From: Myxococcota bacterium
GTDB taxonomy: Bacteria; Myxococcota; JACRCW01
Assembly: GCA_040752415.1 (NCBI GenBank)
Contig: JBFMGU010000181.1
Span: forward strand, 1-21,932
Length of the DNA stretch: 21,932 nucleotides
Direction of reading: 5' to 3'
Shown: positions 1 through 8,013 of the stretch, one piece after another
Position numbering within the stretch: the first letter of the stretch is position 1
Layout: every line of letters starts with the position of its first letter
Position numbers and translations under genes: made by a program
Notes under the pieces: model-generated
Databases searched by the model: none
Told to the model about the DNA's origin: nothing
The model's input: only the letters and a program-made list of their open reading frames with translations

Positions 1-178
1 CCGCCGCGCCACCGCCCAGGAACAGCACCAGCGCCGCCCACGACGACCACGCTGCTCCCTGCAGCACGCCCCTTCCCAGCCACAGGAGCACCAGGCCCAG
101 GAGCATGCCCGCCCCCGCCGCGGCGCGGACCATCGCTTGGGTTTCCGGCTCGGGACGGCCTGGAAGGTTCTGCGCCAT
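1..178 (-). CDS. Partial (N-terminal) membrane protein running off the window's left edge; possibly a membrane sensor kinase or transporter
   Basis: Manual translation from ATG at 178 is open to position 1: MAQNLPGRPEPETQAMVRAAAGAGMLLGLVLLWLGRGVLQGAAWSSWAALVLFLGGGAA, with two hydrophobic segments; co-oriented 24 bp downstream of ftsB. Confidence 0.55.
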   Translation of the reverse strand, partial: MAQNLPGRPEPETQAMVRAAAGAGMLLGLVLLWLGRGVLQGAAWSSWAALVLFLGGGAA

Positions 179-202
179 GCTCACCCAGGGAACCGCGCGT
201 CC

Positions 203-538
203 TCAGCGCAGCACGGTCTGGGCCGGCGGAGTCTTGGCTTCACCAACGCCCTCGACGATGAAGAGCTTCTCACCCGGGTTCACGTAGCCCAGGTCCTCAC
301 GCACAACCTTCTCCTGGTAGCGGCGACTGTTCTTCAAGGCCTCCACCTCGGCGCGCTTGCGCTCGTTCTCCAGCCGCAACTCGGCGTTCTGCTTGCGCAG
401 GCCTTCTGCTTCGTTGGAGAGGCGTCGGTATTGCGCCAACCCCTGGGGCGAGAGCACGGCCGTGGCCACCACGAGGAGGCTGGCCACCACCCCGAGGAGG
501 AGCACCTGCTTGCGAGTGAGGTTCAGGGAGGCACCCAC
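203..538 (-). CDS. ftsB: Septum formation initiator / cell division protein FtsB (DivIC family)
   Basis: Short cytoplasmic N-terminus, one TM helix, G-L-x-x-Y followed by a coiled coil (LRKQNAELRLENERKRAEVEALK) and the C-terminal motif EKVVREDLGYVNPGE, typical of FtsB/DivIC. Confidence 0.88.
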   Translation of the reverse strand: MGASLNLTRKQVLLLGVVASLLVVATAVLSPQGLAQYRRLSNEAEGLRKQNAELRLENERKRAEVEALKNSRRYQEKVVREDLGYVNPGEKLFIVEGVGEAKTPPAQTVLR

Positions 539-716
539 GGAGCGGGACTGGTATCACAGACCGATCCGCGTTCCCACCTCCTCGGTGGACCCCCCACGGT
601 TTTTCCGACGGGCGCCTCGGTAGGTAGGCGGATGTGCGATCCCTGTTGTGACCGATGGGCGCCCACTAGATTGCGCCAGCCCTGCGCCCCGACGGCGCAG
701 TGGGTCGGGAGTCAGG

Positions 717-2321
717 ATGAACGTCGTCGTCAAGCGCGGGATCATGGTGGTTGTGGTTGCTGTCTCCGGGGCTGTGGGCTGCACGCCCGACGACGAGCTC
801 GGCGCCATCCAGCCCGAAATCAAGGTGGATGCGTGCGCGCCTGAGGAGTTCGTCAGCGACTGCAAGCTGGAATTCGGCGCGCTGGCCATTGGCGGCTCAC
901 AGACGCGCAAGGTGACCATCACCAACCCCAGCCAGGGCGACCTCACCATCGAGTCCGTGACGCTCGGCGGACTGGAGCCGGCCTACACGCTGGAGGGCGA
1001 GATTCCGCGCACCATCAAGGCGCTGGACACCACGGGCGTCTCGTTCACCGTGCGGTTCTCCCCGTCGGTGGACAACCCCTCGCTCTCCGACACGCTGCTC
1101 ATCAAGAGCAACGCGTCCAACGTGCCTGAAGGCCAGGAAGGCATCCTGATCAACCTGCTGGGCGGCGGTCGCGAGGTGGGCTCCCCGCACCTCACCATCA
1201 ACCCCACGGAGTGCGACTTTGGCGAGGTGGGCGTGAACGTCACGGCCTACTGCGACATCTCGCTCACCAACGACGGCACGCTGGAGCTGCAGTTCACCGA
1301 CGTGGGCTTCCGCGCCGACAACGACCCGGTCTTCCAGCCCGCCAGCCCCTTCCCGCTGGGCTACTCCTTGCCGCCGGGCTCCGCCTTGACGTTCAAGATG
1401 CAGTTCCGTCCCACCGCGGCGCAGCAGTACCTGGGCGGCATCTACATCGTGACGACGGAGCAGCCCGACCCCGGCATGCGCCACGAGATCAACATGCGTG
1501 GCTCCGGCGGCGCGGCTCCCACGGCGGTGGCCAAGGTGCTCTCCATCAACGGCGCCCCCACCAACGAGCCCAGCCCCACGGTGCGCCCGCTTGACGACGT
1601 CATTCTCACCGGGGTGGACAGCGCGGTGGGCTCGCCAGGGCGGACCATCACCGGCTACCGCTGGGAGTGGGTGAGCAAGCCGGACACCAGCACGGCGGAG
1701 CTGACCACGCCCACCTCCATGACCACGGGCTTCCAGTTCAACTCCAACGGCCAGGACCGCCCGGGCCTCGACGTGGCGGGCACGTTCGTGGTGCGCCTCA
1801 CGGTCACCGACAGCGCCGGCCAGTCCTCCACCAACGACGCGCGCGTCTCCCTCTCCGCGGTGCCGGCGGAGGACCTGCACGTGCAGCTCACCTGGGATGA
1901 CGCCGACAGCGACATGGACCTGCACCTGGTCCGCGGCCTGGGCCCCCGTTTCAGCGACAGCGAGGACTGCTTCTACCAGAACTGCAAGGGCGCCAACGGG
2001 CTGGCGTGGGGCGGTGGCACGGCCAACCCACACCTTGACGTCGACGACATCGACGGGTTCGGTCCGGAGAACACCAACATCGAGGAGCCGGTGGACAACA
2101 CGTACACCGTGGGCGTGCACTACTACAGCAACCGCAGCGGAGCGCCGGAGATCACCGTGACGGTGAAGGTGTTCGTCCAGGGCGCGTTGCTGGGCGAGTA
2201 TTACAAGACGCTGAACCGGTGCAATCAGTACTGGGAGCCGGCCAAGATCATCTGGAGCAGCACGGCCTCGGTGCAGTTCCTGGACAACGTCACGCAGGTG
2301 GCGGAAGCGCCTTGCCTGTGA
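717..2321 (+). CDS. Surface lipoprotein: two ASH/choice-of-anchor-D Ig-like domains, a PKD-like domain and a C-terminal YfaP/DUF2135-like domain
   Basis: ATG 717 preceded by GGGAG; signal peptide with lipobox GAVGC; repeats LEFG..(V)TITNP..GDLTI and CDFG..ISLTNDGTLEL; PKD-like ITGYRW...GTFVVRLTVTDSAG; DMDLHL...LDVDDIDGFGPEN...YTVGVHYY. Confidence 0.8.
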   Translation: MNVVVKRGIMVVVVAVSGAVGCTPDDELGAIQPEIKVDACAPEEFVSDCKLEFGALAIGGSQTRKVTITNPSQGDLTIESVTLGGLEPAYTLEGEIPRTIKALDTTGVSFTVRFSPSVDNPSLSDTLLIKSNASNVPEGQEGILINLLGGGREVGSPHLTINPTECDFGEVGVNVTAYCDISLTNDGTLELQFTDVGFRADNDPVFQPASPFPLGYSLPPGSALTFKMQFRPTAAQQYLGGIYIVTTEQPDPGMRHEINMRGSGGAAPTAVAKVLSINGAPTNEPSPTVRPLDDVILTGVDSAVGSPGRTITGYRWEWVSKPDTSTAELTTPTSMTTGFQFNSNGQDRPGLDVAGTFVVRLTVTDSAGQSSTNDARVSLSAVPAEDLHVQLTWDDADSDMDLHLVRGLGPRFSDSEDCFYQNCKGANGLAWGGGTANPHLDVDDIDGFGPENTNIEEPVDNTYTVGVHYYSNRSGAPEITVTVKVFVQGALLGEYYKTLNRCNQYWEPAKIIWSSTASVQFLDNVTQVAEAPCL

Positions 2322-2325
2322 GCGC

Positions 2326-2841
2326 TCAGCGCTTCCTGCGCGCTCCCGCTCCCTCCACCAGCTTCTCCAGCTCCGCGAACGGGACGTAACCCGCGTACCC
2401 GCCGCGCAGCGTCCCATCCGCCCCCACCACGAACACACGCGGCACCTCACGCGTGAGGCCGAAGGGCGTGCGTCCCTCCGTGAACGCCGGCGCCGTGGTC
2501 CACACCGGGTACGCCGGCTTGAAGACGTTCACGAACGCGCGCGTCTCCTGCAGGCCGTCCACCGCCACGCCCACCACCTGCACATCCTTGCGTTGCTGCT
2601 GCAGCGCGCTGAGCTCCTGCACGCCGCGCAGCCCCTGCATGTCCCACGTGGCAAAGACGTGGATCACCAGCACCTTGCCGTGGAACTGTCGCAGCGTGAC
2701 CTCACGGCCCGCGGTGTCCTTGAAAATGACGTCGTGGACGTTGTTGGAAGCAGCGGCGGCGACCTCCGCCGTCCCCATCAAGAGCGCCACCATCCCCGCC
2801 CAGGCGCGCACGCGCATTCCCTTCGCCGCTTGCTGCAACAT
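2326..2841 (-). CDS. TlpA/ResA-like thioredoxin-fold protein lacking the CxxC motif
   Basis: Signal/TM N-terminus; FKDTAGREVTLRQFHGKVLVIHVFATW, VQVVGVAVD, and cis-Pro loop VPRVFVVGADG match the TlpA pattern, but WCxxC reads WDMQG and the protein has no Cys. Confidence 0.75.
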   Translation of the reverse strand: MLQQAAKGMRVRAWAGMVALLMGTAEVAAAASNNVHDVIFKDTAGREVTLRQFHGKVLVIHVFATWDMQGLRGVQELSALQQQRKDVQVVGVAVDGLQETRAFVNVFKPAYPVWTTAPAFTEGRTPFGLTREVPRVFVVGADGTLRGGYAGYVPFAELEKLVEGAGARRKR

Positions 2842-2938
2842 GACGTCTCCTCCCGTCCGTGCTTTCTACCCACCCGCGACGGAACCAGCATCTCCCGCCG
2901 CCAACCAGGCATGCCCCAGGCGGGGCGGGCGTGGTACT

Positions 2939-2957
2939 GAAATTGATATTCAAAATC
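2939..2957. promoter_or_regulatory. Fur box upstream of the cytochrome c gene (in the divergent intergenic region shared with the TlpA-like gene)
   Basis: GAAATTGATATTCAAAATC matches 14/19 of GATAATGATAATCATTATC; AT-rich island in GC-rich DNA, 19 bp before ATG 2977. Confidence 0.75.
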
Positions 2958-2976
2958 ACCCGCACCTGGAACATCC

Positions 2977-4248
2977 ATGTCCCTCCCCCGTGCAACGTTG
3001 CTCCTGAGCCTTCTCCTCCTTGGTCCCGCGCTGGCCCGTGCCCAGTCGTCGGACGCGGCCGTCCCGGTGGCCCCGGCGGCGCCAAAGGACGCGCCCTCGG
3101 ACGAGCCGCGCCGGCTGGTGCTCATGATCCAGTACATCGCCACGGATTGGCCCAATGCCGTCGTGGACGGGAAGGTGGTCAACCAGGTTGAGTACGAGGA
3201 GGCGCTGCAGAACGCGGCGGACGGGCTGGAGCGCTACCGGCGACTGGGGAAGAGCAAGGAGCAGCTCCCACAGCTGGAGAAGCTGAAGGCGGCGGTGGAG
3301 GCCAAGGCGCCCACGACGGAGATCGCCACGCTGGTGCGCGCGCTGGTGCCGGCGTTGAGTGAGGAGCTGGGCGTGCAGCCCTTCCCGCCGACGACACCGG
3401 ACCTCAAGAAGGGCGCGCTGGTCTACCAGATGGCGTGCATCAACTGTCACGGCAAGACGGGTGACGGGGATGGTCCGGCCGGTGTCGCGCTGAAGCCGCC
3501 TCCCACCGCCTTTGCCGACTACCAGTGGTCCGACCAGGCCGCGCCCTTCCAGCTCTTCAACACCGTGACCCTGGGCATCCCGGACACGGGCATGGGCTCC
3601 TTCGCGCAGCAGCTCGACGAGAACATGCGCTGGTCCGTGGCCTTCTACCTGCTCACGCTGCGTCGCCCGCCCTCTCCGGCCCGCGCGGACCCGCGCATTG
3701 GCCTGCGGGAGCTGTCCACGTTGAGCAACGTGCAGATCGTCGAGAAGCTGATGAAGGACGACGCCACGCTGACCAGGGAGAAGGCGCTGGAGATCGCGGA
3801 TGGCGCGCGGCGGGAGATGCCCAAGGCGCTCAGCCCCGACGCGGCGATGGACGCCATGGCCAACGCGGCGACGCGCGCGGCAGGGATGGCCAAGGCGGGC
3901 GACAAGGCCGGAGCCACCGACGTGGTCAGCTCCGCGTACTTCGACGTGGTGGAGCCCGTGGAGGAGAAGCTGCGGGAGCGGCACGCGGCCAAGGTGCAGA
4001 CGCTGGAGTCCGCCATCACCGCGCTGCGCAAGGCCATCATGGAGGGCGGTGACGTCGACAAGGCCGCGCAGGAGGTGAGTGCGCGCGCGCAGGAGATCAA
4101 GCAGGCGTGGCTGCAGGGCGCTGGTCCCCCGCCGACCGCGGCGAAGGACGCGCCGCCATGGGGCGTCATTGGCGCCGTCGTCGGGATTGCGGTGCTGGCG
4201 CTGGTGGGGATCTTCGTGTTGGCACGGAAGAAGTCGGGAACCCGCTAG
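2977..4248 (+). CDS. Periplasmic c-type cytochrome resembling the N-terminal part of cytochrome c/FTR1 (PbrT-like) iron permeases, with C-terminal membrane anchor
   Basis: Signal peptide; YIATDWPNAVVDGKVVNQVEYEE; heme motif CINCH (3436-3450) followed by GKTGDGDGPAG..LKPPPTAF, GIPDTGMGSF and RWSVAFY; C-terminal TM helix plus basic tail; Fur box upstream. Confidence 0.82.
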   Translation: MSLPRATLLLSLLLLGPALARAQSSDAAVPVAPAAPKDAPSDEPRRLVLMIQYIATDWPNAVVDGKVVNQVEYEEALQNAADGLERYRRLGKSKEQLPQLEKLKAAVEAKAPTTEIATLVRALVPALSEELGVQPFPPTTPDLKKGALVYQMACINCHGKTGDGDGPAGVALKPPPTAFADYQWSDQAAPFQLFNTVTLGIPDTGMGSFAQQLDENMRWSVAFYLLTLRRPPSPARADPRIGLRELSTLSNVQIVEKLMKDDATLTREKALEIADGARREMPKALSPDAAMDAMANAATRAAGMAKAGDKAGATDVVSSAYFDVVEPVEEKLRERHAAKVQTLESAITALRKAIMEGGDVDKAAQEVSARAQEIKQAWLQGAGPPPTAAKDAPPWGVIGAVVGIAVLALVGIFVLARKKSGTR

Positions 4249-4273
4249 GGGCGGGTGGGGCCCGGCGACGCCA

Positions 4274-4313
4274 TGTCACGATTATCATGACAAATGTCAC
4301 GATTATCGTGACA
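4274..4313. repeat. Tandem pair of 19-bp palindromes (21-bp period) between convergent genes
   Basis: TGTCACGATTATCATGACA (4274-4292, one mismatch) and TGTCACGATTATCGTGACA (4295-4313, perfect 9-1-9 palindrome). Confidence 0.85.
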
Positions 4314-4345
4314 CGCCCGACGAGAAGAGGACCGCCTGGGCGCCG

Positions 4346-5524
4346 TCAGGTCTCCACGGACTGGGGCCCACTCCTCCTGCCCATCACCCACGCCAACGAC
4401 GCCAGCACCGCGAAGAGCAGCACACACTGCACGGCCACCGATTCCAACGTGGGCGCCAGGCCAATGGCGGGCACGGAAGGCACCCAGGAGAGCGGCGTCA
4501 CGGGCAAGCGACCCGCCGCCTGCAGCTCCACCACGCCCTTGCCGGCGAAGATGACACTCAGCGCATAGAGCATGGCGCCGGTCACCGCGAAGTAGAGGCC
4601 CATGGGGAGCTTCACAAGTCCCCGACGGAAGAGGACGTACAGGAGGCCAATCCCTACGCTCCCCACGACGACACCCGCGGCCACGGCGAGCTTCCCACTG
4701 CCCGCGGGCGCGTCGCCGGCGATGGCGGCAATGAAGAGCACCGTCTCCGCTCCCTCACGGAACACCGCCAGGAACGCCGTGATGAAGATGGCCACGCTGC
4801 CACTCTCCGCCGCGGCATCTTGCAGGCGCTGCTTGATGTACGCGTTCCACCGCGCGCTCTCGCTCTTGGAGATGAGCCAGTGCGACACGTAGAAGAGCAC
4901 CGCGCTGGCCAACAGCAGCGTCACGCCTTCCAGCACCTCGCGCGCCACGCCCGCGCCCACCGCCACGAACGAAAGCGCCACGGCCAGCACCACGGAGAGG
5001 CCCAGCGCGGCCAGCACGGCCAGGCCCACCATGCGCACGTCGCGCTTGCGGTTGGCGCGCGTCAGGAACGCCACCATGCCGCCAATGATGAGCAGGGCCT
5101 CAAAGCCCTCACGCAGCAGGACCAGCAACGCGCTGATGAAGGCGCCCCATGCCCCGCCGCCAGACTCCTCCACCTTGCGTGCCGCCGCGGCAACGTCCTC
5201 CCCCAACAACGCAGCCGCGGCGCGCACCTCCGGCCCCGCCTCTCCGCGCGCCACGCGCTCCCGGAGCTGACCAAACCGGGTCTCCAGGTCGCCTTTCAGG
5301 TCGGGATCCACCACCGCCAGCCGCGCTTCCAGGCCGCTGCCTTCAAACAGGTCGAAGTACGCACCGGACACGCGCGCCTTGCCCGCCGCCCCGTTCCCCG
5401 CCGCCGCGTCATCCACCGCACTGGAAAGCTCCGTGGAGATCCGCCGGGCCGCCTGCTGGTACCGACCTTCCTCCACGGTCGTCGGCACCGTCACCAACAT
5501 CACGGAGATCATCCACGCACGCAC
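4346..5524 (-). CDS. FTR1/EfeU family high-affinity iron permease with N-terminal periplasmic helical domain
   Basis: Two REGxE motifs (LLREGFEA, VFREGAET) and multiple TM helices; GTG 5524 preceded by GAAGAGG and located downstream of a Fur-box promoter, so the longer ORF start at 5623 is unlikely. Confidence 0.9.
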   Translation of the reverse strand: MRAWMISVMLVTVPTTVEEGRYQQAARRISTELSSAVDDAAAGNGAAGKARVSGAYFDLFEGSGLEARLAVVDPDLKGDLETRFGQLRERVARGEAGPEVRAAAALLGEDVAAAARKVEESGGGAWGAFISALLVLLREGFEALLIIGGMVAFLTRANRKRDVRMVGLAVLAALGLSVVLAVALSFVAVGAGVAREVLEGVTLLLASAVLFYVSHWLISKSESARWNAYIKQRLQDAAAESGSVAIFITAFLAVFREGAETVLFIAAIAGDAPAGSGKLAVAAGVVVGSVGIGLLYVLFRRGLVKLPMGLYFAVTGAMLYALSVIFAGKGVVELQAAGRLPVTPLSWVPSVPAIGLAPTLESVAVQCVLLFAVLASLAWVMGRRSGPQSVET

Positions 5525-5551
5525 AACGCACCTCTTCCAGGGTCTGCACGG

Positions 5552-5580
5552 AGCGTATTGAATTTGATTTTCATTTTCAA
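5552..5580 (-). promoter_or_regulatory. Sigma70-type promoter of the FTR1 gene overlapped by a Fur box (5560-5578)
   Basis: Minus strand TTGAAA-N17-TACGCT; overlapping GAAAATGAAAATCAAATTC matches 14/19 of the Fur consensus. Confidence 0.8.
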
Positions 5581-5663
5581 CACGCCAGCAAACCCGTCCC
5601 GCATACCTGAATGGCGGGCGCATGACACGTCGTCAGGTGGCGCAAAGGCTGCGCGCCCGGCGT

Positions 5664-6203
5664 TCAGCTGGGGTTGTGGAAGAGCTCCTTCTTGCGGGCG
5701 GCCTTCTGGCACTTGGAGCACAGCCCGTAGAGCTCATGGCGGTGGGTGTCGACGACAAACCCGTAGCTGCTGGCCACCACCTTCTGCAGCCGCTCGATCT
5801 CCTCGTTCTCGAACTCCACGATGAGCCCGCAAACGCGGCAGATGAGGTGGTCGTGGTGGTTGTCCAGCTCGTTGGGCTCGTAGCGGGTCTGTCCGTCGCC
5901 AAAGTGGCGCTCCGCGGCCAGGCCGCACTCCTTGAGCATCTTCAGCGTGCGGTAGACGGTGGCGTACCCGATGCGGGGGTTCTGCTTCTGGACCTCGCGG
6001 TGCAGGTCGCCCACGGCGAGGTGGTCCTTCGCGTTGAAGAAGGTGTCGATGATGATGTCGCGCTGCGCGGTGCTCTTGAGTCCGCGCTGCGTCATGTAGC
6101 GGGTGAGGATCTGTTTGCGCTCCTCACCGCCTCCCTCGGTGGGGGTGTCCGCACGCCTGGCCCGTGCCCGCTCGCCCCTGGTCATGTCCGTGCTCCGCGT
6201 CAT
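5664..6203 (-). CDS. fur: Ferric uptake regulator (Fur family)
   Basis: GLKSTAQRDII, IGYATVYRTLKML, RYE..HHDHLICRVCG..EFENEEIERLQ, HRHELYGLCSKC; ATGA overlap with the upstream gene (alternative ATG 6185); adjacent Fur boxes and iron permease. Confidence 0.88.
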   Translation of the reverse strand: MTRSTDMTRGERARARRADTPTEGGGEERKQILTRYMTQRGLKSTAQRDIIIDTFFNAKDHLAVGDLHREVQKQNPRIGYATVYRTLKMLKECGLAAERHFGDGQTRYEPNELDNHHDHLICRVCGLIVEFENEEIERLQKVVASSYGFVVDTHRHELYGLCSKCQKAARKKELFHNPS

Positions 6204-6667
6204 TCCCCGCGTCCCGTGTTGGATGGGCGCGACTTCTTGCGCGCCGGGCGTTCCGTCTTCCCGGTCTTGCGACGCGCCGAGACCTTGGCAACCACCGGGA
6301 TGAGGTCATCCTGGCCCTCGCCGGAAGGCTTGAACCTCACCTCCGCCTTGATCTCCAGCGTCAGGCCGGTCATGGCGCGCGTGACCAGGTGGGTGATGTC
6401 CACGTTGTCCAGGAAGCTGCGCAGCTCCCGGCCCAGCGCCTTGATGAGGTCGGCCTTGGTGCGGTCGGCCTGCTGCAGCAGGTAGCCCACCGCCTCCTTG
6501 GGCAGCTTGAGCTCACTGACCACGCTGCGCAGGCCCTCCTCCGTGGTGAGCAGGCTGCCCATGCCGCCCAGCACCGCGCGCCGGAACACGTCCGCCACCC
6601 GACGCGGCCCACTGCCCCACGCCTCCTCCTCCTCGATGACGTCCTCCGGCGCATCCTGCGAGGTCAT
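6200..6667 (-). CDS. Hypothetical helical protein, phasin/granule-associated-like, with basic C-terminal tail
   Basis: ATG 6667 with GGGAGG RBS (alternative TTG 6706 overlapping upstream stop); FRRAVLGGMGSLLTTEEGLRSVVSEL resembles the phasin-type rk..LaGlGa....e start; tail RRKTGKTERPARKKSR. Functional label is inference. Confidence 0.6.
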   Translation of the reverse strand: MTSQDAPEDVIEEEEAWGSGPRRVADVFRRAVLGGMGSLLTTEEGLRSVVSELKLPKEAVGYLLQQADRTKADLIKALGRELRSFLDNVDITHLVTRAMTGLTLEIKAEVRFKPSGEGQDDLIPVVAKVSARRKTGKTERPARKKSRPSNTGRGE

Positions 6668-6702
6668 GTCGGGTCCCCTCCCTGTGGGCTTCCGCTCGTC
6701 GC

Positions 6703-7146
6703 TCAAAAGCTTATCTCCAGCGTGCTGGTGGGCGTGTTGCTGACGTTGCCGTCGCCGTCCGTGGCCTCGAAGCCCACGTCAAAGGTGCTGCCGGGCTCCG
6801 GGCGGTTCTCGTCGGAGATCTGGACCTCCAGCACGAACTCCAGGGTCCCGTTGGCGGTGTCCAGGGGCAATCCGCTGGCAATGAAGAGGTCCTGCAGCGG
6901 CACGGGCTCATCCCCGGTGGGCTTGCCGTTGATGAGCGGCTTGAGCGTGCCGGCGGAGAGGTTCCGGTCACTGTCCCGGAAGTCCATGCTGAACAGGAGC
7001 ACCGTGGGGCTGTCCGCCGCCGCGCCGTCAAAGTTCAGGTTGGTCAGGAGCGGCAGCGTGGTGGTGCGCTCCTGCTCAATGAGGCAGCCCGTCGCCACCA
7101 TGGCAGCGAGGACGGTGCAGCGGAGTGTGAGACGGCGCGCAAACAC
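6703..7146 (-). CDS. Small beta-rich acidic lipoprotein of unknown function
   Basis: Basic N-terminus, hydrophobic stretch and lipobox VATGC; mature part is Ig-like in pattern (DFRDSDRNL...ATDGDGNVSN). Confidence 0.7.
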   Translation of the reverse strand: MFARRLTLRCTVLAAMVATGCLIEQERTTTLPLLTNLNFDGAAADSPTVLLFSMDFRDSDRNLSAGTLKPLINGKPTGDEPVPLQDLFIASGLPLDTANGTLEFVLEVQISDENRPEPGSTFDVGFEATDGDGNVSNTPTSTLEISF

Positions 7147-7154
7147 GGCGTGAC

Positions 7155-7183
7155 AGCGTATTGAGGCTGCCCCCGCGTGTCCA
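7155..7183 (-). promoter_or_regulatory. Sigma70-type promoter for the lipoprotein-hypothetical-fur operon
   Basis: Minus strand TGGACA-N17-TACGCT, ending 8 nt before GTG 7146; no obvious RBS. Confidence 0.55.
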
Positions 7184-7191
7184 GACGGGAA

Positions 7192-8010
7192 TCACGCGTC
7201 GGCGCGCACGCCCGCCCGTTGTCCCGCCCCGCGGCGCTTGCCCAGCCGCACCAGCTCCTTGGCGAGCCCCTCCAGCGTGTAGGCCCCGGGGCTGCGCGGC
7301 GCGTACTCCCAGATGGTCTTCCCGTGGCTCTGCGCCTCGTCGATCTTGACGCTGTAGCCAATCACCGCCTGCGCCACGCGCGAGCCGAAGTGGCCGCGCA
7401 GGCGGGCCAGGATCTCGTCAGCCAGGCGCGTGGGCCGGTAGAGCGTGGGCACCATCAGCACCACCTCCACCGGGTGCCCGGTGCGCGCGCGCAACGCATC
7501 CACGCTGTCCAGCATCTCCGCGCAGCCGTCCATGGCCAGGAACGTCAGCGGGACCGGCACCACCAGCTCCCGCGCGGCCAGCATGATCGACGTGGAGAGC
7601 AGCCCCAGCGAGGGAGGCGCGTCGAAGATCACGTAGTCGAACCCGTCCGCCACGGCGTCCACCACGCCGCGGAGCAGGGTCTCCCGCTGCGGGTTGCTGG
7701 CCACCTGCACGGGCAGATCCGCCAGGCGCTTGTTGGACACCACGACGTGGAGATTGCTGATCTCCGTCGGACGACACAGCGCGCGCAGCGTCTCCGCGCG
7801 GGGATCCAGCAGCGCGTCGGCCAGCGTGGGTTGCCCGTTGGAGACATCCAGCCCCACGCACTTGCCGGCCTGGCCCTGCGGATCCACGTCGACGAGCAGC
7901 ACCCGCTCCCCCAGCTCCCGCGCCAGGTAGGCCGCGGTGTTCACCGCCAGCGTGGTCTTGCAGGAGCCACCCTTCTCGTTGATGAAGGCCAGCCGGCGCG
8001 GGGTGCTCAC
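7192..8010 (-). CDS. ParA/Soj family ATPase (orphan; no parB adjacent)
   Basis: Deviant Walker A NEKGGSCKTT, VLLVDVDPQG, FDYVIFDAPPSLG, and C-terminal EAQSHGKTIWEYAPRSPGA. Confidence 0.9.
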   Translation of the reverse strand: MSTPRRLAFINEKGGSCKTTLAVNTAAYLARELGERVLLVDVDPQGQAGKCVGLDVSNGQPTLADALLDPRAETLRALCRPTEISNLHVVVSNKRLADLPVQVASNPQRETLLRGVVDAVADGFDYVIFDAPPSLGLLSTSIMLAARELVVPVPLTFLAMDGCAEMLDSVDALRARTGHPVEVVLMVPTLYRPTRLADEILARLRGHFGSRVAQAVIGYSVKIDEAQSHGKTIWEYAPRSPGAYTLEGLAKELVRLGKRRGAGQRAGVRADA

Positions 8011-8013
8011 GGG

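Noticed and set aside
897..2450. Long antisense/alternate-frame ORFs (e.g. 897-2450, 2956-3984, 4079-5824, 7177-8445, 12619-14226, 13272-15080, 15031-16716, 17735-19588, 19521-21377)
   Set aside because: They overlap well-supported genes, are Arg/Gly/Ala/His-rich without motifs, and are expected shadows of high-GC codon usage.
4287..4300. matS-like ATGACAAATGTCAC at the palindrome junction
   Set aside because: Spacer is 4 nt versus 3 in GTGACRNYGTCAC and the first base differs; it is a by-product of the tandem palindromes.
4274..4313. Mini CRISPR array
   Set aside because: Only two 19-bp units with a 2-nt gap, no spacers and no cas genes.
5525..5623. Upstream extension of the FTR1 ORF
   Set aside because: It runs through the promoter and Fur box; an RBS precedes GTG 5524.
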